This document shows positions 9,892-22,528 of a stretch of 64,000 bases of DNA, piece after piece. The notes under the pieces were generated by a model. The model worked only from the letters and a program-made list of their open reading frames with translations, had not been told where the DNA came from and ran no database searches. Origin of the DNA: Histomonas meleagridis 2922-C6/04-290x (taxonomy: Eukaryota; Protista; Parabasalia); NCBI GenBank assembly GCA_020184695.1, contig JAANOX010000245.1, positions 124,001 through 188,000 on the forward strand, in the 5' to 3' direction. Every line of letters begins with the position of its first letter. Within the stretch, counting starts at the first letter, position 1. The position numbers and the translations under genes were made by a program.

Positions 9892-12885
9892 TCAGTTATA
9901 AATTTTCACGCCAGCGTTCCAGCTAAATTCGTGCGTTCTTTGTTTCACTGCCACAGCGCCGGGCACGAACACGTACAGCATTGTGTCATCGCCATTTATT
10001 AGTTCCGAAAGTACATTATCGTCGCTCAGCATCTTAAAGTTCTTCAAGTTCCGCGACTCGTTTGTGTATCCGAAACACGTTTTACTTATATCGACTTTCG
10101 CGAACTTTGCGATTCTATTTTTAGTATCTGCGAACTTTTCGTTTTCGATTATATTTAAGAAGAAAGGAACGCCGACGCAGCTGTTTTTGGGGATAGTTTT
10201 ATTAGTTGTCAAAGTTACTCTAATAAGTTTCTTTGTATCGATTTGTTCATTTGGTATAACTTCGATTCTAAATGTACTACTTGTTAAGTTCTCAAGTTTC
10301 GTATCATTCTCTAATACTTTAATAATACGTGAGCCTAATAATTGTACGAAACGATATTTATCATTTTCGTTGATGATGTTTTTAGACTTTAATTTGGTCA
10401 TTACGTCATTGACATTAAATCCATGATCCATTAATAATGAAACGTTTTGTATTAGTTCAAGATTTTCATTTAAGATCGAAACTTTAAAGAAAACTTTTGT
10501 TTCGATTTCTTTTTGTGATACATTTTTCATTATTTGGTAATATACAAATCGATTTGTTATAAGTTGTTCAATATTACCATTAATAATCAATGGATGATTA
10601 CTTGGTCCTTTACATCCTTCTTTTTGGAATAATAATATTGAATCGGATTCACTTAAGTTTAACATAATTCGGAAACATTTAATAAGTGATTTAATTGGCA
10701 TTTTCACTAAAACATTTAATTTATAATGTACATTATCAAGGTCATCTAATGAAGTTGTTGATATAATTATTGAGTTTTGTAATGATTCGATATATTTATC
10801 AGCTGTTTTAATTCGATATTCAGGTAATATATCAAAGTAATAATATAAGTTTTGTTTGTTATTATTAAATTTGTCGAGTGTTACATATTTCTTTTGATAT
10901 ATTATTGCTCCTTTACGTATGTTTTGATCAAGTAATGTCTTATTCAATGATATTTCTTTGATTTTATTATTCGAATAATGATAAAATATTAATTCGTCAG
11001 CATTTGGTATCTCCAATGCTTTAATAGTATCTGTTTGTTTTAATACTATAAATTTGATATATTTCAAATGATTATTAAAGTCATTCGGATCATAACTCAT
11101 TAATATGATTGGAATTTCTCCTTTAACATGTTCTGGAGCTTCACCGACAAAAAGTTTCGATGAGAACTTGAACACACTTTTAACCTGTAAATTAGTTGAT
11201 ATTCTATCGATAGGGAATCCATCGCTCATCACTCTCCACAAACTAATATCTTTCGAATCAACTCCGCTATTCTTCTTAACTTCTGATATGAAATCGGAGA
11301 ACTTTAAGTCGGCAGGACACACGATCTTTTTATCTGTTTCAGGCACGTTCATTATATATCCATTCTTTTCGATCTGCTTAATATATTCATCATTCGTAAT
11401 AAATCGTAATGTAATACTTGGAGGTCGTGCACTATGTATACTCTTCCATTCATTATAATAATCAACAACATGTTCCGGTATTTCATTATCATTAATAGGC
11501 TTCATGATGTTCTCGATTTGTGACTTCCGTACATACGCTAAGAAGTATGCTGAGTATCCTTGCTTAAGTCCTCCATAGTTACCTTCAATGACTTCTTTCT
11601 CATCAACGACACTAACAACATCATCATTAAAACATAACCATTTCCGTTCTTTCGTCGGTCGACAATATGCATAATAATGCCCGCCATATTGTTCGCCTTG
11701 ATGTACTAAAACGCTCGTTAACTCATAGATATATGGATTAGTTCGATCTGCTGTCTCTGAGAGATATGGCGACATATCAACTTCAAATGGGAACTCAAAG
11801 CGATCGCGGACCTTACGCATCATTCCAGTGTTAATGTCATACGTAAATCGCTGCAAATGAAAGTGTAATACCGGTGGTAAAACTTCGTATTTACAGCCTT
11901 TAATCGCATCGCATTTGCCAATGCCTTCAAAGGAATATTGGTTATCGCCAGTGAGAATACTATCTTCAACTGTTTGCTCTAATGAGGACTCTAAGCCTTT
12001 CATCCCTTGGACTAATAATTGGATGTCATAGAAATCTTCAAGATGCTCATTACTAATGTCTTCTTGGGTGGCGCACTTGATGTAGTTCTTGGTCTTGCCG
12101 CGGAATATGGTCGCTATGGCTTCCGAGTTTTCGGTGCCTTTCATTTTGGTTTCAATGTTATCAATTAATTGTCGGAGAAATTCTTGGACATCATGTTGCA
12201 TAAAGACTTCAATGGTGCCCCAGCCAAAGGATTTGGTAAGATCTGCTGTCTCTGGGGCTATTGGGGAAAGTTGCATAAGCGCAAATAAACGTTGGAGATT
12301 AAGGGAAACTGAACTCTTGGGATCATCTTTGTCACTGGTGGGAAGTGAGAATACAATTCGACGAAAGGCTGGTGTGTGGAATAAACATTGTAATATGGAA
12401 TTCATATAACATGTACAACCTTGATTGACTAAACCAACTGCACCAGTAAGCTTACGGTAATTAATGGCGTTGGAGTGAGGTGGGTTAAATGTAACTGTAA
12501 GCTTTAAAACCAGATGATTATCAACAGTATAATCATCAAGTTCATTTAATGGAATAAATGATGAAAAACCGCGATTGGTTACTAACTTAGAATACGTAAA
12601 TTCGGCTGTTTGACTCCTTTCTTTTTTACCGCCAATTGCATCAACTTGGATAGTAACACGATGTTCTTCGTTGATCTTAGGGCACAAAATAAATATAGAA
12701 AGATAATCTTTGATACGGTAGCCTTGTGGGAATATAACCATCCTCCACTTTTTATCAGAAATTGAATATACAGGAGAAGGATACCCATCTTTTTTCATCT
12801 CTGAAACGGGGCCAGTTGTCCATGTTTCCTCCAATTTATATGGGTCTTGTGGAATCATCTGTATTCCAGAGTGACCTATTTTCAT
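9892..12885 (-). CDS. Ubiquitin carboxyl-terminal hydrolase, USP7/UBP15-like (MATH + USP + UBL-like C-terminus)
   Basis: MATH domain (KWRMVIFPQG, RGFSSFI), Cys box GLVNQGCTCYMNS, QHDVQEF, His box VHQG..GGHYYAY, WLCFND. Confidence 0.92.
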   Translation of the reverse strand: MKIGHSGIQMIPQDPYKLEETWTTGPVSEMKKDGYPSPVYSISDKKWRMVIFPQGYRIKDYLSIFILCPKINEEHRVTIQVDAIGGKKERSQTAEFTYSKLVTNRGFSSFIPLNELDDYTVDNHLVLKLTVTFNPPHSNAINYRKLTGAVGLVNQGCTCYMNSILQCLFHTPAFRRIVFSLPTSDKDDPKSSVSLNLQRLFALMQLSPIAPETADLTKSFGWGTIEVFMQHDVQEFLRQLIDNIETKMKGTENSEAIATIFRGKTKNYIKCATQEDISNEHLEDFYDIQLLVQGMKGLESSLEQTVEDSILTGDNQYSFEGIGKCDAIKGCKYEVLPPVLHFHLQRFTYDINTGMMRKVRDRFEFPFEVDMSPYLSETADRTNPYIYELTSVLVHQGEQYGGHYYAYCRPTKERKWLCFNDDVVSVVDEKEVIEGNYGGLKQGYSAYFLAYVRKSQIENIMKPINDNEIPEHVVDYYNEWKSIHSARPPSITLRFITNDEYIKQIEKNGYIMNVPETDKKIVCPADLKFSDFISEVKKNSGVDSKDISLWRVMSDGFPIDRISTNLQVKSVFKFSSKLFVGEAPEHVKGEIPIILMSYDPNDFNNHLKYIKFIVLKQTDTIKALEIPNADELIFYHYSNNKIKEISLNKTLLDQNIRKGAIIYQKKYVTLDKFNNNKQNLYYYFDILPEYRIKTADKYIESLQNSIIISTTSLDDLDNVHYKLNVLVKMPIKSLIKCFRIMLNLSESDSILLFQKEGCKGPSNHPLIINGNIEQLITNRFVYYQIMKNVSQKEIETKVFFKVSILNENLELIQNVSLLMDHGFNVNDVMTKLKSKNIINENDKYRFVQLLGSRIIKVLENDTKLENLTSSTFRIEVIPNEQIDTKKLIRVTLTTNKTIPKNSCVGVPFFLNIIENEKFADTKNRIAKFAKVDISKTCFGYTNESRNLKNFKMLSDDNVLSELINGDDTMLYVFVPGAVAVKQRTHEFSWNAGVKIYN

Positions 12886-12903
12886 CTTTGATAAAATACA
12901 AAA

Positions 12904-12908
12904 AGTGA
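12904..12908 (-). promoter_or_regulatory. Initiator (Inr) element TCACT
   Basis: TCACT about 20 nt upstream of the USP ATG; matches the trichomonad Inr consensus TCA(C/T)T. Confidence 0.5.
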
Positions 12909-13214
12909 TCGAGCAAATAAGAATTCAAAAAATAGCAAACTTTTTCCATGCTTTACCATCCTTTTCAAATGTATTTAATCGTTGTCATTTGCATGTGATA
13001 TCACCTCACTTTCCATACAAACGAATGCCCAGTTGCAAAAGTCAAAATTAAATTCACTACTTCTCATTTCTCGAGTTTGTCTGGGTGTGCAATTTTGTAT
13101 TGAAATTAACAATTTTTAAAACAGAACTTATTACAACAGTCGAAAAAAAAATAGCCTAATTCATTAAATAATGTCAAATATATTTAATCATTTTATTTGA
13201 AATTTATTTCACAT

Positions 13215-13375
13215 AGTGCCTATCAAAGCATCTGAAAATGGTTGTACAGGATTAGTGGAATTACTTTTTGAACAAAAAAGAATTATTATTAATACGAAAG
13301 AAATTTGTTGTCTTGTTTAATTTTTATAATAATAATTTTATATTTCAAAAAAATATTTGGGAAATATTTATGACA
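13215..13375 (+). pseudogene. Solo ankyrin-module remnant with AT-rich spacer
   Basis: Translates IKASENGCTGLVELLFEQKRIIINTKE, then a spacer resembling the 33-kb spacer (ATAATTTTATATTTCAAAA...ATATTTGG). Confidence 0.7.
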
Positions 13376-13874
13376 ATAATATTTGATTAGATAGAAATAA
13401 TTGTTTTTTCAAATGACTTATTTTTTGTTTTAAAGAAATTCGATACTTTACAGCAAATGAATTTTAACAGCTTCTATTTTCAGCGACAAAAAAAAAAAAC
13501 TCGGTATATATATTGCAATTCGAATTGCAAATTATTTATATTATTATATATATATATAACAAAAGTAATTAATACAAATATTATTGAAAAATATTCAATG
13601 TTCATCGAAAAAAGCGAGATTGCATGTATTGCATATTATAATTTTCAATTGTCGAATATTTAGTATTCAGTAGATTTTTATTTTTGATTTTAATATATAA
13701 TTATATAAATAAGAATATAGATTTAATTGATTTTAAATAATAAAAATAATAATAAGAAATGGAAATATTGTTATTTTATTAAATACGTTTATCGAACCCA
13801 TTCTGTAGAACTGAAATTTAAATTCAATTCGAAAAGTACACTTTTTTGTCAAATGACAGAACACGGGGTGCACA

Positions 13875-16800
13875 ATGCTGAAGTTAGTTTTTTTAATCGC
13901 TCTTACATGTTCTCTTGAAATTCACAATATAAATTTCAAGACAGCAACAGGGAAAACAGTCGTGTTTTCAGAGAATTCACTTCCACAAAATACCATTAGT
14001 TCAAAATTATGGGCATATGTCAAATTTAATAACAAACCAAATAAATCAGATCTTGAATTACATGGGATTTATCTCGGTTCTAATCGTCTTGTGTTTAATA
14101 ACGTATATAAATTATTTTTAAATCGTGATCAATTAAATTATCTTCAACAATTAGAAAATGTTTTAATATCAATTATAAATCCTAAAGACAAAGTTGTTGA
14201 TATATCCAAAATAGCTAATTCAACTATGCTTGAAATTTCTGGTTATTTTGAAAATAATGAATATCCAACTTCTGGATTTTATCAAATAATTCAATCATCC
14301 AAAAACAGCATGATTATTGAAACAAGTGATCCTATTCAATCCATGGAATATCTTTCCACAGTTGATTCAGTCAATTTAATTTCACCTTTCACCAATCCAG
14401 TTCCACTCAATAATTTTGCGTCAGGCTTTTCCCAAGACAACCACGCCAGTTTATCCACTTATTCTGATGGGACACCATTTCTTCCACGATATTTTGATTC
14501 TTATGGCATCAACGGAAAGGGCCAAAACATAGCTATGATGGACTCTACACCCGATCATTACCATGCTTTTTTATACGACAGCAACAAACCACAAATTGAG
14601 TTTAATAAAATAATGACAGATCATCGCAAAATCGCGTACTTTTATAACAAGTATGGCGACGACGAAGACTATATGATAAAAGTTACACAAGAAAACGCAG
14701 GTCATGGACCTCATGTCTGTGGTATTGCATTAGGGGTATCGGAAGATCCGAACTCTGCGATCAATGCCTACAGAGGCGTAGCGACAGGTTCCAAGCTGTT
14801 CTATGCAGGAAACTTCCTCAGTGGCACGAGCACATTTATTGATGATCCAGATGGCCTGAGCAACCTTATCAAATTATTCAAGGAAACGAACACGCGAATC
14901 TTCACCAACTCATGGGGCGGCGAGTCGATGACATCCAAGCACCTTGAATTTGAACAGATGAGTCGAGATTTGTCAGATTCGTTATTAGTCTTATTTGCAG
15001 CGGGGAACAGCGGAACGAACAATAAGTATTACACAGTTATGTATCCTGCCAGCTGCAAGAACATCTTAACGATTGGGTCATTACGCATGTTATACAATAT
15101 GACTGATGTCACATTCCATTTAATATTATCCGAAAATGAGACAATACATAACATTAAAGGAGACGCGATTTTATACACAAAAGTCATCACGAAAGAAGCG
15201 TATGCAACGTTATCTATTTATGACGATTATTCACATCCAAACACAACAGCGAAAATTATATTAGTTAACAAAGACACGTTAAAGAACTTTTTAAGTCCTT
15301 TAAAAATCAGTAATCAAAAAATCGATTATGAAGTTCTTGCGTTATTAGTTGATAATTATACACAACCTATAGTTACTACAGCGGATAAAATGAATTTAAT
15401 GGATTTAATTGATTTTATAAAATTGGATACATTTGTGATTCAAGATCATAATATAACAAATTATATTGATAAACGAATTAAATTAATATCAAACTTCACA
15501 AGTATATATTCCCCGATTTATAAGAAATCGGATTCTTCATCAATAGGCCCAACAGTAACAGGGTTAATTAAACCAGATATAGTTACGCCAGGACAAAACA
15601 TTTGGAGTTCTTCTTCAATGAATGTTAAACAACCGAATCATGGAATTGATGGAAATCCATCTAAAAACTTTAGCGATTTGGTTAAGTTAAGTGGTACATC
15701 AATGGCTACACCAAACGCAGCAGGTTGTGCAGCATTAATTGCGCAGTATTTTTGTGATGGATTTTATTTTAATCAAAGTATACAACCTTCCGGATTATTA
15801 TTGAAGTCAATGTTAATACTTTCAACTAATTTACCAAATGTTAGTAATTATACACCAGATGTAATATTTGGATTTGGAGTTGTTGATTTATCAAATGTAT
15901 TACGACTTGGTAATAGTAATTTTGGATTACGAATTACGAATTATAATATGTTAAATAATAATATGAAACATCTGAAAGGAAAAGTTATATTAAATAAGAA
16001 ATATAATCATTCATTAAAAATAGTATTATGTCATAATGATGAAGTATTAGATCAAGACTCATTAATACCAATATATAATGATTTGGATTTAATAGTTATA
16101 ACTCCAAGTAAGAAAGTGATTTATGGTAATCAACGAATTAATAATAATAATGAACATTTGACATTAAATGAACGAATTATTATTGATGAAAATGATATTG
16201 AAGATGGGGAATATGAAATACATATTTTATCGAACTTTATGCCAGAGAACACTACAATTAATTATGTGATTAGTTTAATTGGACCATTTGAACATAATAA
16301 TATCGAAACAAATCCAATTTATTTAGAATTAAATCCGACAAATGAATGTATTAATATAAATAATGATAAAGGTGAATGTGATACTAATGAAGGTATTAAT
16401 AAATGTAATGAAAATTATACTGGACAATTATGTCAAATGGAAATTAATGAAATTATAAATGAAAATTCCATTTATAATTATACAATTACCAATCAAAACT
16501 TCGATTACTTTAAGATATCTAAAAATAAATATCAAAATTTAATTGCAACAATTTATACACCTTCTTCAAATAATATATATTCTATGTATTGGATATCTGA
16601 TAATCAGAATAGTTTAACTCCTTCAAATGCTTTATTAGGAAGTTATTTAAGTATTAAAAAATGGAATTTATTGCCGAAATGGAATGGTAATGAAACTTAT
16701 TATTTCACAATACAAAATAATTATAATGCACCTGAAACATTTTCGATTAAATATTACCATATTCCAATTAATGATTTACCAATTTGTTTATGTAAAAATT

Positions 16801-18750
16801 ATAAATGTTTAATAGAAGATAAATGTGGCGTTGATAATATATATTCGGAACCAAATGAAATTTCATTTTATAATGAAAACTTCGATAAAACTATAAATTA
16901 TTTAATAGATTATAATATAACATTGTCATTGGAATTATTACAAGATGTAACAAAAGAAGTAAATATTCAATCGTTAAATGAGAATGTTATTAATGAATTA
17001 AAACTTGTCGCTGGTTATAATGAAGTTGAACAGAAAATTAATATAAAGAATTTGAACTTGAATTTGATTGCGTTGGAAGATAATAATGTGCAAATTAATG
17101 AAATGGAAGTCATAAATTCCAAATTTAATGTTGGCGAAAATGTAAAAATTGATGTCCAGAAGTTAAAGTTAAGCGCCATAAGTTCATTTAATGACATAAA
17201 TGGTAAAATTGATATCGATAACATCGAAATTAATGAAAACGGAAATTACAACGTCATAAGTGAAAACGTTTCAATCAAAACAAACGACAAAGAAATTTCG
17301 ATACAAAAACTTCAGTTACATTACGACGGACTTGAACAAATTTAAAGAGCTCAACTTCAATGTGCAATTTGGAAATATGAAAATTTCAGACTCAACAGCA
17401 TCAAGTGAAAAGTTTGATCTTCAATTCGAAAACTCTAAAATGAACAACGATCAAATTACTATTGGAAAATTAGAATTCAACGACTTCAGCTCAACGTCGC
17501 TTCATTACATCAAAGAAATCGCATCCGACTCAGTCTCAATCAATGACAAATCGACATCGATTCGTGACATTTCTATAGCCGATGATTCTGTAATGTTCAG
17601 CACATCAAACTCCATCAAAATTGAATATCCTTTAACAAAAATTTCAATAGTGACACTCAAAAGTGAAAACGAATTTGAACTCAAATCCGCCGCCAACGCA
17701 GACGCACTCAATTTGTTTGTCGAGTACAATGAAGTCAAACGAAAATTAACGTTAAACAGCTCAAACATCGTATTGTCGTCCAAAGGAATTAAAAACATTC
17801 AAATTAATGAAATGGAAGTCATAAATTCCAAATTTAATGTTGGCGAAAATGTAAAAATTGATGTCCAGAAGTTAAAGTTAAGCGCCATAAGTTCATTTAA
17901 TGACATAAATGGTAAAATTGATATCGATAACATCGAAATTAATGAAAACGGAAATTACAACGTCATAAGTGAAAACGTTTCAATCAAAACAAACGACAAA
18001 GAAATTTCGATACAAAACTTCAGTTACATTACGACGGACTTGAACAAATTTAAAGAGCTCAACTTCAATGTGCAATTTGGAAATATGAAAATTTCAGACT
18101 CAACAGCATCAAGTGAAAAGTTTGATCTTCAATTCGAAAACTCTAAAATGAACAACGATCAAATTACTATTGGAAAATTAGAATTCAACGACTTCAGCTC
18201 AACGTCGCTTCATTACATCAAAGAAATCGCATCCGACTCAGTCTCAATCAATGACAAGAGCGCTGCGATCGACGGCATTTCCGTCTCCGGCGATTCCATT
18301 TTATTCAACGCATCAAGCGCCATCAAATTTGAATGCCCGTCCTCGAAAGTTCGGAGTGTCGCGTTCCTCAGCGGCATCGGCAAGCAGCGCGCGTTCAGCA
18401 TCACCGTCCCCGACGCGAATGTCACAGTGCCGAAGATGTCCATCAGCTTCACTAACGCGGACGGCGCGCTCGTCAAGTGCTACGGAATTTCGACTGTCGA
18501 AGAACTGAATTCGCTTTTCCAAATCGATTTCGCAAATGCGAACAATTCCGAAATCCAGTTCGGCCAAAGCGAGCCGGCACCGGGCGGCAAGTGGGGCCTG
18601 AAGACGATTCTGTGCGTTGCGATTCCATGCGCAGCGGCGGCGATCGTGGCCGTCGTCGTGGTGGTGGTGTTGGTGATGAAGAGGAGGAGGAGCAAAGGCG
18701 CGGACGAGAGGTCGATGCAGACAGAGACACTCAGCCTCAACTTGGTGTAA
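13875..18750 (+). CDS. Membrane-anchored subtilisin-like serine protease (S8) with Cys-rich/EGF-like segment and C-terminal TM; one frameshift near 17305
   Basis: Signal peptide, then catalytic Asp (IAMMDS), His (GHGPHVCG), oxyanion Asn (AAGN) and Ser (SGTSMATP). ORFs 13875-17345 and 17260-18750 join by removing one A at 17305-17309. TM segment ILCVAIPCAAAAIVAVVVVVVLV followed by KRRR. Confidence 0.88.
17091..18257 (+). repeat. Intragenic direct duplication of about 458 bp (17091-17549 vs 17800-18257)
   Basis: Both copies begin CAAATTAATGAAATGGAAG and end CAATGACAA. The offset is 709 before and 708 after the extra A. Confidence 0.92.
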
Positions 18751-19537
18751 ATAAACAAAAACCGATTTGAAACTGAACGAGTTTTCGCTCTCCGTTTACG
18801 TGATGCCGATAAAAAGAGTCGTGAAAAGGATACATTCTGTGAATGAGATACGATCTGTTGTAAGAGAGATGTGTCTATGCGTCATTTTGTTTTTACGATG
18901 AAATTTTGATGACAATAAGAAAAACATTGGTTCAATAGAATTAACCATTCAAATAACCTTTCAATAGCTGTAGAAACAGATGCAATTCTTAAAAGATTAG
19001 AATTTGACCAAGAAATGGTTATTGATACTGAACTATGAGCAGATTATTAATAATTTATATAAATTGCTCATAGTGCTTATCATTAATAAAACAGGCTAAC
19101 TTATAAGTTGTGATGGTGGAAATTCATGAAAAGATGGAATCTTCTTGTTTTTGAACATTTGTCCAAAAGAAATATCAGAAATATAATTAAATGAAAGGCG
19201 AATGTTACATAAGTAAAAATGGTGTTTTTAAGATAATATTACTTTTATTATAATGAAAGATAACAGTGAATCATGAGTTAGAACAATTGACACTTTGTTT
19301 GATTGGAAATTTAGTAAAGCTATATGAAAAAGTAATCAACCAGTTAACTCCTTATTTAAGTTATTAGAAGATTTTGGAATTCCCTCACAGAAGATAAAAA
19401 TAGCTACTCTATAACCTGTGTGAAAGCAGAGTTACAGGATCTATAGATCGGGCAAGTGACACGGACATTGTGAGTGATTTGATTAAGGAATAATTTGTAT
19501 ACTTAACGCACATTAAAAGTAAAATATGAAATCATTT

Positions 19538-20267
19538 TTACCAAATGATATTTTCACCAAGAAAAATTGTATGAAGTGATGTACATTTCCAAAATGAACT
19601 ATCTTCAAGAATTTCAACTGATTTCGGAAGTGTGATATTAAATAAATTCGTGCATAAACTGAAAACAGAACTATTAATAGCTGTAATATTTTCACTAAGT
19701 GTAATATCACTTAAATTATAACAATTATAAAATGCTGAGTTTCCGATTGATGTTACAGAACTTGGTATAGCAATATTTATTAATGATATACAATTAGAAA
19801 ATACTGAGTTTCCGATTGATGTAACTGTATTTGGTATAGTAATATTTATTAATGATACACAATTAGAAAATGCTAAGTTTCCAATTGATGTAACTGTATT
19901 TGGTAAAATAATATTATTTAAATTGCAATATGAAAATGTATAATTTTGAATTGTTGTAACATTATTACCATTAAGAACTGTTGTTAAATTATAGCAATAC
20001 ATAAACGCTTCAACACCAATGGTTTGTATGAAATCACCGATATAAACTGTAATTAGAAAAGTACATCCAAAAAATGCTCTTCTAGGAATTTCCGCTATTT
20101 CACAATATATACAAACATATTCTGCTTCTTTCTTTTCTTCAGCATGAAATAAAATCATTATCTTCATGAATAATAAGTGTATAATTATTTGAATGATAAG
20201 TTTCAGTACTATTAATAATAAAAATTATAAAAAACAAAATTCGAAGTTGCTTATGATTGCTATGCAT
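19538..20267 (-). pseudogene. Frameshifted/truncated BspA-like LRR gene
   Basis: Signal-like N-terminus from ATG 20267 shifts frame near 20140 into LRR repeats (IPNTVTSIGNSVFSNC), stops at 19538, and has degraded sequence downstream. Confidence 0.7.
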
Positions 20268-21196
20268 TTGGAAACAAAGACATTTTCTTTTAATATAAAA
20301 AAGGAAAATTAAAACAAATAAAAAATTAAAACATTTTTCAAAAAAATTTTTATGACATGTTGAAGAAATTGACTTAAAAGAATCTATTAATAAAAAGAAA
20401 TATCTAAAATACCACATAGATTCCTGCTTGTTATGTATTATTTCACTTGATTTTGAAGGAAAAAAGAAAATGTTGTTTAAAGATGTTTGAAAATTTTTAT
20501 GATATTGTAAATAGTTTTTGTAATTAAATGCAATGCCATTACATGTGTGAACGCTTTTTACTTACTCTTGTTTTGAGTTTAAATAGAAGAAAATGCTTTG
20601 TTTTAGAATGAATTGGCTTATGGATAATAATTGAAAAGGAATAACCGGAAATTATTAATAAAAATAAAAGCGGATAAAAGGGAAGTCATAGTGTTGTTTA
20701 AAAAAGCTTTGAAGGATGAAAAATTTTTCAAAAATAACGGTTTTGATCGGACTTTGATTCAATTTACCGACGTTTCGTGACTTTCATTTTTTATATGTTT
20801 TTTAGCAATCAGCATTATTTGGAATAAATTTCATGTAATTTTATTTTCAGCGCTATGTTGAAGTTACTATAAATTAAAAATCTAGTCAGTATGCTTTCTT
20901 TAAGAAATATTTAGATAAATTAGATTCGTCCATCATTCATTAATTATTTCTCTATATATTTAGTTAAAACATTAATTAATCAATGTTTTACACATCATTC
21001 CAAATGAAATATTTTATTTAGACCAAATGCATAATTTTGATGAAAATTCAAAATATTATTAGAAATGCTAAAAAACGAGAAGCAAATACACAGATGCAGG
21101 TAGTAAAATATTGTTATGCATTAATATGAAAAAATCATTCATCATTTAAAAGTGTATTAAAAAATTATAAAAAAAAAAAAAATGGTGCTATTTCAT

Positions 21197-22528
21197 TTAA
21201 TCATCAACTTCCGATTGCTGACGAACATTGTCCAGCATAATATATGTTGTAAGATTTGCCCAAACCATCGGAGCGATGATATTTTTAGCTCTAACATTTT
21301 TGTGCCATTGACCAACATCATAGTTATTTGTATAATTAAAGATTATTTCTAATGAAAAATAATTTCTGCTTAGACCAAGGTGATCGAAATCTTTATAACC
21401 ATTCTTAAAGTCATAGCAAATGATTGCTTTGTCTCTCAACCAGTTCTTACATCCCCAAGTTGTTGCTATTTCAGAAACTGTTCCATCACCATCTGTATAT
21501 ATATAATCTGGATATTTATTATAGCCTTTCCTGAAATCAAGTCCTTTTAATGTTTGAATCTTTGAGTTATACAAAACTAAAACAGGAACGCCCGGATCTG
21601 CTGGTGGCTTTTGTGAAATATAAAGATTCTTTTGTAGCATCTTTATTGAGTTTCCTTGAAGTTTTCCATGTTCAATGAAGAAGTCTGGAACAGATTCAGG
21701 ACCTAATGTTGTATTATCTTCTTTAATGATCACAGTTGTTCCATTATACACTATATGATTAGGATATAACACATGAAGACAAGGCATATTCATAATTGCA
21801 TTTTCTATTGCTTCACTATCAATAAATGATGCTAATGGGAATCTTTTAGACCATGAAATTGGAAGAGTAGCTGCTGATCCTGAAAATGCTGGTGCAAGAA
21901 AGATTACCTTTTCCACTATTCTTTCTTTCCACTCCCTTGTAATTTCAGGAGTGTTTCCTAAAAACTCAGATAATACCATACCGCCGAGTGAATAACCTAA
22001 AATAGTTATTTTGACATGATTTAGTTCGAATGCACGTTCACAAAGATTTTTCAAATCATCAAAGAAAGTTGTATTTCTTAAACCTGAAATAGCAAGTCTC
22101 CAATCGAATGGGGCTGCAAATAAATTCTTTTGTTGATCATATCCTTTGCTAAGCATATAGTTAATGATTACATCAAGAGATGCAATAACTTGAATACCAA
22201 AAAGATCAACGATCTTTGCAACACCTTCAAATCCACCAAAATCATGTGAATGAAGATCAAGACCTGGCTTGTTTGTAATTATATCATTCTTTTCATCATA
22301 ATAGGCCTCAAGTACTTCGAACATACAATTATAAAAAGGTGAAGGTATATATTTGGCATCAACCCAAACAATTTCTTCATCTAATTTTTCATAACAATAC
22401 CAATACTGCGATTGAAATGTAGTTTTTTTCCCCCAGATTTGTGATCCATAAAGTCCTGGTATTAGAATAAGTGGTTTTAAATCAGAACATTGAGTTAGTG
22501 TTATAAAGAATGGCAATACACTTAACAT
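21197..22528 (-). CDS. LCAT / lysosomal phospholipase A2-like acyltransferase
   Basis: PLILIPGLYGS, APFDWR, nucleophile elbow GYSLGG, DGDGTV, DHLGL. Signal peptide from ATG 22528, directly preceded by Inr TCATT (22532-22536). Confidence 0.9.
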   Translation of the reverse strand: MLSVLPFFITLTQCSDLKPLILIPGLYGSQIWGKKTTFQSQYWYCYEKLDEEIVWVDAKYIPSPFYNCMFEVLEAYYDEKNDIITNKPGLDLHSHDFGGFEGVAKIVDLFGIQVIASLDVIINYMLSKGYDQQKNLFAAPFDWRLAISGLRNTTFFDDLKNLCERAFELNHVKITILGYSLGGMVLSEFLGNTPEITREWKERIVEKVIFLAPAFSGSAATLPISWSKRFPLASFIDSEAIENAIMNMPCLHVLYPNHIVYNGTTVIIKEDNTTLGPESVPDFFIEHGKLQGNSIKMLQKNLYISQKPPADPGVPVLVLYNSKIQTLKGLDFRKGYNKYPDYIYTDGDGTVSEIATTWGCKNWLRDKAIICYDFKNGYKDFDHLGLSRNYFSLEIIFNYTNNYDVGQWHKNVRAKNIIAPMVWANLTTYIMLDNVRQQSEVDD

